The notes: generated by a model from the letters alone, not told the origin. A stretch of DNA of 64,000 nt from Thermoplasmata archaeon (GCA_034667725.1 JAXDQS010000006.1:28863-92862); one strand, 5' to 3'. Positions 50,062-60,300 are shown, counted from the first letter of the stretch. Numbers and translations are program-made.

Positions 50062-51273
50062 ATGGGACATCCCCCCACCCCAAAAACCGCCGCCCTTGAC
50101 CGCCCTGCGTTCCTGGTGCTGGAGGACGGCACCGTGGTGGAGGGGCGTGCGTTCGGGGCCGCGAAGACCGTCTACGGCGAGCTGGTCTTCAACACCGGCA
50201 TGACGGGCTACCAGGAGTCGCTCACCGACCCGTCGTACCACGGCCAGGTCCTGATGTTCACCTACCCGATGGTGGGCAACTACGGCGTCAACGCGGACGA
50301 CTGGGAGTCCGACCGGGTGTGGCCGCGCGCCGTCGTGGTGCGGGAGTGGTGCCGCGAGCCCAGCCACCGCAAGTCCACCATGACCTTGGATGCCTGGCTC
50401 GTCCAGCAGGGGATCCCCGGCATCGAGGCGGTCGACACCCGCGCGCTCACCATCAAGGTGCGCGAGAAGGGCTGCCTGCGCTGCTTCGTCACGCATGACC
50501 CCAAGGAGGTCCCCGCCCTGCAGCAGAAAGTCAAGTCGATGCCCTCGGTCGAGGCCGAGAACCTCGCTGGCGAGGCCTCGGTCCAGAAGGTCCACGCCTA
50601 CGGCCGCAACGACGCCGGCCGCCTGGTGGACGGCTCCCCGACCGACAAGGCGGCGCCCACGGTCGCGGTCATCGACACCGGCATCAAGCGCAACATCCTG
50701 CGGAACCTCGCGCGCCGCTTCAACGTCCTGCATTGCCCCTGGAACGTCTCGGCCGAGGAGGTGCGCCGTCGCGGCGCCGACTGCTTGTTCATCGCCAACG
50801 GCCCTGGCGACCCGGCCCATCCCGACATCGCGCGCTTCACGCTGCCCACCATCCGTGCCGTCAGCGAGCGGGTGCCCACGTTCGGGATCTGCTACGGCAA
50901 CCAGCTGGTCTCGCTGGCCTGGGGCGCCAAGACGCAGAAGATGAAGTTCGGCCACCGCGGCGCCAACATCCCGACCCGCGACGAGTTCAGCGGCGTGGTG
51001 CGCATCACCAGCCAGAACCACGGCTTCCACGTCGACGCCCAGAGTGTTGCCGGCACCGGCCTGGTGGTGTGGGAGCGTTGCCCCAACGACGGCGTCGTCG
51101 AGGCGGTCCGCCACGAGACGCTGCCGATCTTCACGATGCAGTACCACCCCGAGGCCAGCCCCGGCCCGTGGGACTCCAGCCACTTCTTCGACCAGTTCCT
51201 CGCCATGGTCGAGCAGTGCAAGGCCGGCAAGTGGACGCCCGGCGCGTTCCCCAAGGTCCCGGGCGCCCATTAG
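50062..51273 (+). CDS. carA: Carbamoyl-phosphate synthase small subunit
   Basis: LVLEDG, GELVFNTGMTGYQE, NGPGDP, GICYGNQ, SQNH, QYHPEASPGP. Confidence 0.97.
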   Translation: MGHPPTPKTAALDRPAFLVLEDGTVVEGRAFGAAKTVYGELVFNTGMTGYQESLTDPSYHGQVLMFTYPMVGNYGVNADDWESDRVWPRAVVVREWCREPSHRKSTMTLDAWLVQQGIPGIEAVDTRALTIKVREKGCLRCFVTHDPKEVPALQQKVKSMPSVEAENLAGEASVQKVHAYGRNDAGRLVDGSPTDKAAPTVAVIDTGIKRNILRNLARRFNVLHCPWNVSAEEVRRRGADCLFIANGPGDPAHPDIARFTLPTIRAVSERVPTFGICYGNQLVSLAWGAKTQKMKFGHRGANIPTRDEFSGVVRITSQNHGFHVDAQSVAGTGLVVWERCPNDGVVEAVRHETLPIFTMQYHPEASPGPWDSSHFFDQFLAMVEQCKAGKWTPGAFPKVPGAH

Positions 51274-51323
51274 GCCTGGCCGCTTTCCTCGACGTTTTCG
51301 CCCCAGGCCCGGTCTGGCCGTCC

Positions 51324-51743
51324 ATGCAGCAGGTCCCCTGGCTGGCGGCGATGCTGGCCGGCCTCGGCGTGGCGCTCGCCCTCGGCGGCGCCGCCTTGGT
51401 CGTCGTCAACGTGCCGGACGCAAGCTCGCCGGTCCCCATCGTCACCGGCCTCGCCCTAGTGGCCGCGGGCGGGGTCGCCGCATGGGCCGCCCTCGCCGGC
51501 CAACGCGCGCCGCTCCTGGTGGCGGCCGCGGTCGCGGCGGCGGTCGCCGTCGTGCACGCCACCGGCGCGGTCGGCCTCCTCGTGGCCCCGGCCGCCGTGC
51601 TCTTGGCCGTCGGCGCGTTCGCGCTGCCGCGCGCGCCTGGAGACGATTTCAAAACTCCAAGAAGGCCTGCGGCGATTTCCGGCCATCGCAGTCCAAGGAA
51701 GGGGGTCCGCCAGCGGGCTGGAGGCCCGCCAAGGACCCCCTGA
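51324..51743 (+). CDS. Small 4-TM membrane protein whose C-terminus is read from a MITE
   Basis: MQQVPWLAAMLAG... four hydrophobic helices, then a hydrophilic tail starting at the element boundary. Confidence 0.6.
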   Translation: MQQVPWLAAMLAGLGVALALGGAALVVVNVPDASSPVPIVTGLALVAAGGVAAWAALAGQRAPLLVAAAVAAAVAVVHATGAVGLLVAPAAVLLAVGAFALPRAPGDDFKTPRRPAAISGHRSPRKGVRQRAGGPPRTP

Positions 51744-51911
51744 CGCCGGAATGTGTGGCCGGAAACCGCCCCGAAGGGCGCGCCGCTTTTGCGGCGGATT
51801 GCGGCGTCAGGCCGGTCTTGCCGTGCCCCCAGCACGGCAAGACCGGCCTTCCTTGCACTCCTTGCAAACCGGCGCGCGCAGGCCACTTAGAGTTTTGAAA
51901 ATCGTCTCTAG
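51637..51911. mobile_element. MITE-like element (~275 bp) with ~30-bp terminal inverted repeats
   Basis: CTGGAGACGATTTCAAAACTCCAAGAAGGCCTGC versus reverse complement of right end CTAGAGACGATTTTCAAAACTCTAAGTGGCCTGC; perfect internal stem AGGCCGGTCTTGCCGTGC/GCACGGCAAGACCGGCCT. Confidence 0.8.
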
Positions 51912-53398
51912 CGGGCGCGGCGCCGGCGCCGGGCCAGGATGAGCAGCAGGCCGGAGGCCGCCAGCGCCCCGAGCCCAAGCAGCAGCGGGCCGCCGGGGCC
52001 GGCGTCGCCGCCGGCCCGGCGCACCGGCTGGGGCGCGCCGGCCGCGGCCACGGGCTCGCGCGCGTCCGCGCTGCGCGCCGCGGGCACGACGGCGCCGGCG
52101 TCGTCTTGCCCCGCGGGCTCCGTCGCCACGGCCGGCGGCGGCGTTTCGTCCGCAGGCTCGCCCGGCTCGACCTGGTCGCGCGGCGGCTCAGGCGACGGGC
52201 GCGGGTCTTGGCTCTCGACGGGCGGCGGGCCGCAGCCGGTGTTGCCGAGCGGGAGGGTCTCGAGCGCGAACGCCAGGCGGGCGGTGGCGCCGTCGCTGAA
52301 GGTCAGGATGAGCTGCACGGCATAGGAGCGGCCGGGCGGGTAGGCGTGGGTGGCGTCCTTGGTGGTCGCGGTGGCGCCGTCGCCGAGCTCCCACCACCAC
52401 GCCACGATGGTGACGGGCAGCGGCGGGACGCTGCGGTCCTCGAACCGGTAGAGCACGCTGCCGCAGCCGGCAGCGATTGGCACGACCTGGAGCGCAAGGA
52501 CGGGCTCGGGCCGCGGGTCGAGCCGGATCAAGAAGTCGAGCGGGACGTTGGTCTTGTTGTCCACCACCATGACCTGCATCGAGTAGTAGGTGCGCGGCGA
52601 GGTCGCCGAGAGCGCGGCGCCGCGGGTGTCCCAGGCCACGATGCCGGTGGCGGCGTCGATGGTGGCTGCGTTGAGGGCGGCGGGCGGGCCGGGCTGCACG
52701 AACGGGTCGTAGCCGGGGACGTAGCCGGCGGCCTCGGCGGAGGTGGACAGGCGGTAGCGGGGCGCCTCGCCGTCCGGGTCGGTGGCGACGATGGGGAAGG
52801 TGCACACGGTCCCGATGTGGCACACCTGCAGCACGATCGGCGTGGCCTCCGGCGAGTGGTTCGCGTTCAGCAGGTCCACCTTGGTCTCGAGGCGATACCA
52901 GCCTTCGGGGTTGTTCATGTGGCCGTCCACGAAGTTGAGGCGGTCGCCGGTGCTCCAGGAGACGGTGTACGGCGTGCCCCAGTTGTTCGGGGTGCGGTAG
53001 GTGTGCGTGAGCGGGCCCGTCGTGCCGGGGGCGACGATGCGCACCACCATGTTGTCGGCCGCCACGTCCACCTCCTCGACCAGCATGTCGAACCGCGAGG
53101 TGCCGTCGCCCCAGGCGATGTTGTCGCAGCACGACCAGCCCGGGATGATGTCGCCCACCGTCGCCGACGCCGCGGTCGGGTAGTAGAACGTGGTTCGGTA
53201 GACCAGTTGTCCCGTGAGCGAGATTCGGGTCAGGTCGTCGAGCATCGCGGTGGGCCCGGTCGCCTCGACGCGGTGCCACTGCAGCGTGCCGCCCCGGTAG
53301 TGGTTCGCCTCTGCGTCCGGCAGCAGGGCCACCACGGCGACGGCGCCGCACAGCGCCAGGCCCGTCCAGGCCAGGCTTCTCCAAGCAGGCGTCTGCAT
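51908..53398 (-). CDS. NHYRGG (Sib-like) surface protein with PKD domain and TM anchor
   Basis: NHYRGGTLQW, YRTTFY, NHSP, DPDG, YYSMQVMV...PLDFLI; WELGDG; TM then RRRRRAR. Confidence 0.87.
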   Translation of the reverse strand: MQTPAWRSLAWTGLALCGAVAVVALLPDAEANHYRGGTLQWHRVEATGPTAMLDDLTRISLTGQLVYRTTFYYPTAASATVGDIIPGWSCCDNIAWGDGTSRFDMLVEEVDVAADNMVVRIVAPGTTGPLTHTYRTPNNWGTPYTVSWSTGDRLNFVDGHMNNPEGWYRLETKVDLLNANHSPEATPIVLQVCHIGTVCTFPIVATDPDGEAPRYRLSTSAEAAGYVPGYDPFVQPGPPAALNAATIDAATGIVAWDTRGAALSATSPRTYYSMQVMVVDNKTNVPLDFLIRLDPRPEPVLALQVVPIAAGCGSVLYRFEDRSVPPLPVTIVAWWWELGDGATATTKDATHAYPPGRSYAVQLILTFSDGATARLAFALETLPLGNTGCGPPPVESQDPRPSPEPPRDQVEPGEPADETPPPAVATEPAGQDDAGAVVPAARSADAREPVAAAGAPQPVRRAGGDAGPGGPLLLGLGALAASGLLLILARRRRRAR

Positions 53399-53449
53399 TC
53401 CGACCGCACGGCCGCTCGTTTGCGGGCGCATAAGGCTTTCCAGCAGCCT

Positions 53450-55186
53450 CTAGCGGTCGCGCCGGCGCCGGCTCGCCGCCAGGGCGCCTGCCCCGCCGAG
53501 CACCACCAAGGCGCACATCGCCAGCAGCGGCAGCAGCTCGCCGGCGGCCCGGCGCACGTCGGCCGGGTCGCCGAGCTTGGCGCGGTCGCCGCCGAGGGGG
53601 GTCGCCGAGCGGAAGCCGCCGTCGGCGCCCTCGGCCGCCTCGCCGGCGCAGAGCGCGTCGCGCGGGCACAGGTCGGCGACGTTCGGGCGGCCGTCGCCGT
53701 CCCAGTCGCCGTCGCAGGCGTCGCCGCGCCCGTCGCGGTCCAGGTCCTCCTGGCCGGCGTCGGGCAGCCCGGGGCAGGCGTCGTCGTCGTTGCCGACGCC
53801 GTCGCCGTCGAGGTCGGCGTCGCACTCGTCGCCGCCGCCGTCGTGGTCGCGGTCGTCCTGGCCGGCGTTGGTGACGCCGGGGCAGTTGTCGAGGCGGTCC
53901 TGGACGCCGTCCGAGTCGCGGTCCGCGTCCCAGCCCTCGGGGTCGGGCGCCACGTCGTCGCCCGGCGGCTCGGCCTCGGGCGGCACGTCGGTGGAGACCA
54001 CCGGGGGAATGGGGCAGGGCCGGTCGGGGAGCGTGATCTTCTTCCAGGTGGTGCCCGGCTCGCCGTTGCTGTCGGTGACCAGGAGCGTGACGTTGTAGGT
54101 GCCGGGACCAGGGTAGGCGTGGACGCCGGCGGGGACGTTGTCGGTGCTGGCGTCGCCGAAGTCCCAGTACCAGGCCGCGATGGTGGTGCCGGCGGGGGCG
54201 GCGGTGCCGATGAGGCTGAGGTCCTTGAAGCGGACGTCGTAGACGCCGCAGCCGCCGAGGTCCTCCAGCTCCAGCGCGGGGCGGGGCGCGACGTTGGCGC
54301 GGGCGATGCGGATGAAGAAGTCCACCGGCGTCTTGGTCTCGCCGTCCTCCACCATCACCTGCATCGAGTAGTAGGTGTAGGCGCCGGCGGCGCGGGTCAG
54401 GCCGGCCAGGTCCCAGGTCACCCAGCCGGTGTTGGGGTCCAAGACGGCGGCGAAGGTCGAGAACGGCGGGCCGGGGGAGATCCAGCCGGCGGCGCCGATG
54501 GCCTCCAGGGAGGTCGCCTCGCGGAAGCGGATGGCGTCGCCGTCGGGGTCGGCCGCCACGATGCGGAAGCGGCACACGGCGACCCCGGTGCACATCTGGA
54601 TGGGGACCAGCTTGGCCACGGGCGAGTGGTTGGGCGTGAGCAGGGTCACGCTGGTCTCGAGGCGCCAGGCGTCGTCGGGGTTGTTGATGTGGCCGGCCAT
54701 CCCGCTCAAGCGCGCGCTCGAGGTCCAGTAGACGATGTAGGAGGTGTTGGTGAGGTAGCCCGACACTGCGGTCGGGGCCGGGAAGTCATGCACCAGGTCG
54801 TCGGTGGTGCCGGGCGCCACGAACCGGACCTGCACGACGTCCAGCGTCGAGTCCACCGACAGCACCAGCATCTCGGCGTTGGAGGCGGGGGTCGAGTCGC
54901 CCCAGGTGATGCTGGCGACCTCGGGGGTGCCGCCCGTGTTCAGCAGCTTGGCGCCCACCACGGCCGGCGAGTAGTATGTGGCGCGGAACGCGACCTCGCC
55001 GGTGAAGCCGATGCGGGCCAGCTCCTGGGGGCCGACCACGGGCAGCTCGTCCGGGACCTTGTACCACTCCAGGGCGCCGCCGCGGAAGTGGCTGGCCTCG
55101 GCCTCGCCGTGGACGATCGCGACGGCCGCCAAGCCAGCCGCGGCCAGCAGCAGCCCTCGCCACGCCCACAGCCCGGCCGACCCCAT
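53450..55186 (-). CDS. SHFRGG (Sib-like) surface protein with PKD, TSP3 repeats and TM anchor
   Basis: SHFRGGALEW, HINN, NHSP, DPDGD, YYSMQVMV...PVDFFI; WDFGD; TSP3 repeats. Confidence 0.87.
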   Translation of the reverse strand: MGSAGLWAWRGLLLAAAGLAAVAIVHGEAEASHFRGGALEWYKVPDELPVVGPQELARIGFTGEVAFRATYYSPAVVGAKLLNTGGTPEVASITWGDSTPASNAEMLVLSVDSTLDVVQVRFVAPGTTDDLVHDFPAPTAVSGYLTNTSYIVYWTSSARLSGMAGHINNPDDAWRLETSVTLLTPNHSPVAKLVPIQMCTGVAVCRFRIVAADPDGDAIRFREATSLEAIGAAGWISPGPPFSTFAAVLDPNTGWVTWDLAGLTRAAGAYTYYSMQVMVEDGETKTPVDFFIRIARANVAPRPALELEDLGGCGVYDVRFKDLSLIGTAAPAGTTIAAWYWDFGDASTDNVPAGVHAYPGPGTYNVTLLVTDSNGEPGTTWKKITLPDRPCPIPPVVSTDVPPEAEPPGDDVAPDPEGWDADRDSDGVQDRLDNCPGVTNAGQDDRDHDGGGDECDADLDGDGVGNDDDACPGLPDAGQEDLDRDGRGDACDGDWDGDGRPNVADLCPRDALCAGEAAEGADGGFRSATPLGGDRAKLGDPADVRRAAGELLPLLAMCALVVLGGAGALAASRRRRDR

Positions 55187-55243
55187 ACGGGTGGCAGCGG
55201 GCTTCGCGCTACTTGATGGTTTGCCTGGGGAACCCGAGGGGCC

Positions 55244-57175
55244 CTAGCGCCGGCGTGCGAACCACGCCAGCCAGCCTGCGGAACCCAGCAGTCCGCCTGC
55301 GCCGGCCACGACCAGCGGCAGGACGCCGGAGGACGGCTCGGGGACCGCCCGGCCCTGCGGCGGGGCCTCGCGGAGCGCGGGCCCGGCGCCGAGGGCGGGG
55401 TCGCAGGCGTCGCCGACGCCGTCCCCGTCGCCGTCCTCCTGGCCGGGGTCCGGCACCAGGGGGCAGCGGTCGAGGAACGCGCCGGCGGGGCCGAGGTTCG
55501 CGACCCCGTCGCCGTCGAGGTCGGGGTCGCAGGCGTCGCCGACGCCGTCGCCGTCGAGGTCGGTGGGCTCGGGGTCGGCCGTCAGCGGGCAGCTGTCCAC
55601 CGTGTCGGGCCGGCCGTCGAGGTCGCGGTCGGGCGGGGTGGCGGCGCGCGGCCCGGCGTCCGTCGGCTCGGCGCCGAAGCGGCCGGAATCGCCGTCGCAG
55701 GCGTCCCCGAGGCCGTCGAGGTCGCGGTCGGACTGGCCGCCGTTGGCGATGGCGGGGCAGTTGTCGGCGTCGTCCTGGACGCCGTCGCGGTCTTCGTCGC
55801 GGGCCGCGGGGCCGCCCTCGTCCGCCGCGGGCGGGGCCGTGCTGGGCGGGGCGCTGGAGGAGGACGAGGTCGTGCCGCCCGTGCCGGTGGCGGCGGGAGG
55901 AGGGGGCGCGGGCTCGCCGGCGCCGCACGGGGCCGGCATGGAGAACACGGCCGCCGCGCCGGCGTTGTCGTGGCCTTCCACGGCCGCCATGCCTTGGTCG
56001 CCGACCGCCAGCAGGCCGTCCGCCATCGCGAGCGCGCGGCCGAAGCCGTGGTCCGCCTCGGGGCCGAGGGTCGTGTAGCTGCGCGCGAGCGTCACGTTGG
56101 CCCCGCTGGCGTCCAGGACGTAGAGATAGGCGTGGCCGTCCGGGCCCGGGGTGGTGCTGGAGGTTCCGAAGTCGCGCCCCATCGCGCCGACGGCGAGGCA
56201 GGGCCCGTCCAGCGCGACGGCGGTGCCGAAGCGGACGCCGGCGCCGCCGGGCTCCACCAGGTCGGCCGCCTTCGCCCAGCCGCCGGCCGCGCCGTGGTGC
56301 CAGACGCTGGCCGCGCCCTTGGCGACGGCGCCGGCGAGGTCGGCCATCTCGGAGGCCACGACGGCGAGGTCGCCGTCGAGCGCGACCGCCTCGCCCGCGT
56401 AGCCGTAGCCCGCGCCGGGCGCCAGCACGGCAACCTCGCTCCAGGCGCCGCCGCTGCGCTCGAACAGGTGCGCGCGGGCCGTGCCGGGCGCGCCCACCAG
56501 CAGGCGGTCGCCGTCCAGGTCGAGGGCGAGGCCGAAGCCGGCGCCCGTCTGGGGGTCGGCGGCGCCGAGGCGGGCCTGGGGCTTCCAGGCGCCGGCCGGG
56601 TCGCGGACGTAGACGTGGACGGCGCCCGCGTCCTCGATGGCGGGCAGGAGCGGCGACAGCGGGTCGGGCTGGGCGGAGCGCCAGGCGCCGACGGCGAGGG
56701 TGCCGCCGTCGAGGTCGATGGCGACGCCGTAGTTGCCGTAGCCGGGCGGGACGGCGGGCGGGTCGGGGTCAGCCAAGGTGGCGGCCACCGACCAGACGCC
56801 GCTGGCGGGGTCGCGCTCCAGCACATGGGCCCGGTAGGCTTGGCTCTCGCCGACGGCCGCGCGGAAGCCGTCGAGGGCCACCGCCTGCTCGCCGAACAGG
56901 CCGCCGTAGGCGGGGACGGGCGCGTGCAGCGTCTGGGTCCAGGACCACTTCGACGACGACCTGGTGAACGCCTGGACGGTGCCGGGGCAGCCGGCCACGG
57001 TCGCGCTGCAGATGCTGCTCACCAGGAGCGTGCCGTTGCCGAGGGCAAGGCCGCGCCCGAACAGCTCGCCGCCGAAGGGCGCGCCGGAGACCACGGGGGC
57101 AGGGGCCATCGGGGTGGCCGCCACCTGGAGGGCCAGCGCAAGCCCAAGGATGACGAGCACGGCCCTCCCATGCAT
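55244..57175 (-). CDS. Seven-bladed FG-GAP beta-propeller surface protein with TSP3 repeats and TM anchor
   Basis: Seven blades of the type FGxxxALDGxxxxVGA (e.g. FGLALDLDGDRLLVGAPG); TSP3 repeats; TM then RRR. Confidence 0.88.
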   Translation of the reverse strand: MHGRAVLVILGLALALQVAATPMAPAPVVSGAPFGGELFGRGLALGNGTLLVSSICSATVAGCPGTVQAFTRSSSKWSWTQTLHAPVPAYGGLFGEQAVALDGFRAAVGESQAYRAHVLERDPASGVWSVAATLADPDPPAVPPGYGNYGVAIDLDGGTLAVGAWRSAQPDPLSPLLPAIEDAGAVHVYVRDPAGAWKPQARLGAADPQTGAGFGLALDLDGDRLLVGAPGTARAHLFERSGGAWSEVAVLAPGAGYGYAGEAVALDGDLAVVASEMADLAGAVAKGAASVWHHGAAGGWAKAADLVEPGGAGVRFGTAVALDGPCLAVGAMGRDFGTSSTTPGPDGHAYLYVLDASGANVTLARSYTTLGPEADHGFGRALAMADGLLAVGDQGMAAVEGHDNAGAAAVFSMPAPCGAGEPAPPPPAATGTGGTTSSSSSAPPSTAPPAADEGGPAARDEDRDGVQDDADNCPAIANGGQSDRDLDGLGDACDGDSGRFGAEPTDAGPRAATPPDRDLDGRPDTVDSCPLTADPEPTDLDGDGVGDACDPDLDGDGVANLGPAGAFLDRCPLVPDPGQEDGDGDGVGDACDPALGAGPALREAPPQGRAVPEPSSGVLPLVVAGAGGLLGSAGWLAWFARRR

Positions 57176-57271
57176 GGGCCGCGCCAGGAAGGGCTCTCCT
57201 ACAAGACGGTTGGCAGGCGGGACCTGAGCGCCGAACCGGGAACATGGCCGCGGGGTCCGTGGCCCGGGGGC

Positions 57272-57377
57272 ACCCTTTATCCGGAGGCGGACTTGCCCGC
57301 CAGGTCCCAACTTCATGGTGACACCCCCCAACCCCCACGAGGCCGCCCCGAGCGCCGTTGTCGTGGAGGTGGCGTGA
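57272..57377 (+). promoter_or_regulatory. carB upstream region: duplicate of the carA promoter plus a 20-codon uORF (57315-57377) and SD
   Basis: ACCCTTTATCCGGAGGCGGACTTGCCCGCCAGGTCC; MVTPPNPHEAAPSAVVVEVA-stop overlapping the carB ATG (TGATG); GGAGGTGG. Confidence 0.75.
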
Positions 57378-60300
57378 TGCCGAAACGCGGCGACGTGCGC
57401 AAGATCCTCATCATCGGATCGGGCCCCATCCAGATCGGCCAGGCCGCCGAGTTCGACTTCTCCGGCTCCCAGGCGTGCCGCGCCGTGCGCGAGGAGGGCT
57501 ACCAGGTCGTCCTGGTCAACTCCAACCCGGCCACCATCCAGACGGACGTGGAGACGGCAGAGGCGGTCTACGTCGAGCCGCTCACCGTCGAGTCCTTGAC
57601 TGCCATCATCGCGAAGGAGCGGCCGGACGGCGTGCTCGCCGGCATGGGCGGCCAGACCGCGCTCAACCTGGTGTCGGAGCTGGCGGAGGCCGGCGTCCTC
57701 TCGAAGTTCGGCGTCAAGCTGCTGGGCACGCCGCTCACGGCGATCGAGGACGCCGAGGACCGCGACCTGTTCAAGAAGGTCATGGAGCGCATCGGCGAAC
57801 CCGTGGCGAAGGCCGACGTGGCCCAGTCGATCGACGACGCCCTGCGCATCCAGCGCGACTTCATCGGCCGCTACCCCGTGCTGGTCCGCCCCGCCTACAC
57901 CTTGGGCGGGCTGGGCGGCGGCGTCGCGCACAACGACGGCGAGCTGAAGGAGCTCGTGGCGAAGGGCCTGGCCTACTCGCGCATCCGGCAGGTGCTGATC
58001 GAGGAGTCGCTCTTGGGCTGGCTGGAGTTCGAGTACGAGGTGATGCGCGACGGCAAGGACAACTGCATCATCATCTGCAACATGGAGAACCTCGACCCGA
58101 TGGGCGTCCACACCGGCGAGTCCATCGTCGTGGCCCCCAGCCAGACCCTGTCGGACCAGGACCACCAGAAGCTGCGCTCCTCCGCCCTCAAGTGCATCCG
58201 CGCCCTCAAGATCGAAGGCGGCTGCAACGTCCAGTTCGCGCTCCAGAAAGCCACCGGCGATTACCGCGTCATCGAGGTCAACCCCCGCGTGTCCCGCAGC
58301 AGCGCCCTCGCGTCCAAGGCCACCGGCTACCCCATCGCCCGCGTCGCCGCCAAGATCGCCCTCGGCATGACCCTCGACGAGATTCCCAACGCCATCACCG
58401 GCAAGACCGTGGCCGCCTTCGAGCCCACGCTGGACTACGTCGTCACCAAGATCCCGCGCTGGCCGTTCGACAAGTTCCGCACCGTCGACCCCCGCATCGG
58501 CACCCAGATGAAGTCCACCGGCGAGGTCATGGCCATCGGCCGCTGCATCGAGGAGAGCCTGCTCAAGGCCGTCCGCAGCCTGGAGATCGACGCCGACTCG
58601 CTCGACCCGCCCGCCCACTGGGACGACGCCAAGCTGGAGGAGGCCGTCCGCGTCGCCACCCACCAGCGCCTGTTCGCCGTCGCCGAGGCCCTGCGCCGCG
58701 GCTGGCCCGTCGCGAAGGTCCACGACCTGTCCGGCTACGACCCGTTCTTCCTCCACAAGATCGCCAACGTCCTGGGCCTGGAGCGCAAGCTCGCCGCCAC
58801 GCCCGACGATGCCGCCCTCCTGGCGCAGGCCAAGCACTGGGGCTTCAGCGACAGCCACCTCGCCCGCCTCCTGGGCCACGGCGAGGACGAGGCAAAGGTC
58901 GCCACTTTCCGCCGCGCCCACGGCATCGTGCCCGACTACAAGATGGTCGACACGTGCGCAGCCGAGTTCGAGGCCCGGACGCCGTACTACTACACCTCCT
59001 ACGAGCCGCGCTTTGCGGGCTCGACCACGGATTTCACGGACGCCACGGAACCGAAGGTGTCCGTGCGATCCGTGGTTCCGGCAATCGGCGGCAAGAAGAA
59101 GGTCCTGGTCCTCGGCTCCGGCCCCATCCGCATCGGGCAGGGCATCGAGTTCGACTACTGCTGCGTCCACGCCGCCTGGGCCATCCGCGAGGAAGGCATG
59201 GAGGCCATCCTCCTCAACAACAACCCAGAGACAGTGAGCACCGACTTCGACACCAGCGACCGCCTCTACTTCGAGCCGCTGACGTTGGAGGACGTGATGC
59301 ACTGCATCGAGCGCGAGCGCCCCGACGGCGTCCTGGTGCAGTTCGGCGGCCAGACCGCCATCAACCTCGCGCTGCCGTTGGAGGCCGCCCTCGCCGCCCG
59401 CCCCGACCTGCCCACCCGGATCTGGGGCACGCAGCCGGCCGCCATCGACCTCGCCGAGGACCGCGACAAGTTCAACCGCCTGATGCAGGACCTGGGCATC
59501 CCCCAGCCCGCCGCCGGCATCGCGTTCGAGGCCGAGGAGGCCGTCCGCAAGGCCGCCGGCATCGGCTACCCCGTCCTGGTGCGCCCGAGCTACGTCCTCG
59601 GCGGCCGCGCCATGCAGGTCGTCCACAACGAGGCCGAGCTGCGCGACTACATCCGCGACGCCGTCCGCGTCAGCCGCAAGACGCCGGTGTTGATCGACCG
59701 CTTCCTCGCCCGCGCCATCGAGATCGACGTCGACGCCGTGTGCGACGGCAAGGACGTCCTGGTCGGCGCCATCATGGAGCACGTCGAGGAGGCTGGCGTC
59801 CACTCCGGCGACTCCACCACCGTCATCCCGACCCAGAACGTCGCGCCCGAGACCCTGCGCACGCTCGACGAGTACACCCGCAAGATCGCGCTCGCCCTCG
59901 GCACCCGCGGCCTCATCAACATCCAGTTCGCGGTGCAAGGCCGCACGGTCTACGTCCTCGAGGCCAACCCGCGCAGCAGCCGCACCGTGCCCTATGTTGC
60001 CAAGGCCACCGGCCTGCCGCTTGCCAAGGTCGCCGCCAAGGTCGCCGTCGGCCGCACCATCGCCGAGCTCAACGTCCCCGTCCGCCCCCGCCTCAAGCAC
60101 GTCGCCGTCAAGGCCCCCGTATTCCCCTTCCTCAAGCTCCCCGGCGTCGACGCCGTGCTGGGCCCCGAGATGAAGTCCACCGGCGAGGTCATGGGCATCG
60201 CGATGGACTACCCCACCGCGTACGCCAAGGCGATGGAGGCCGCCGGCAACCGCCTCCCCGTCGAAGGCACCGTCTTCGTCTCGGTCGCCAAGCAGGACCG

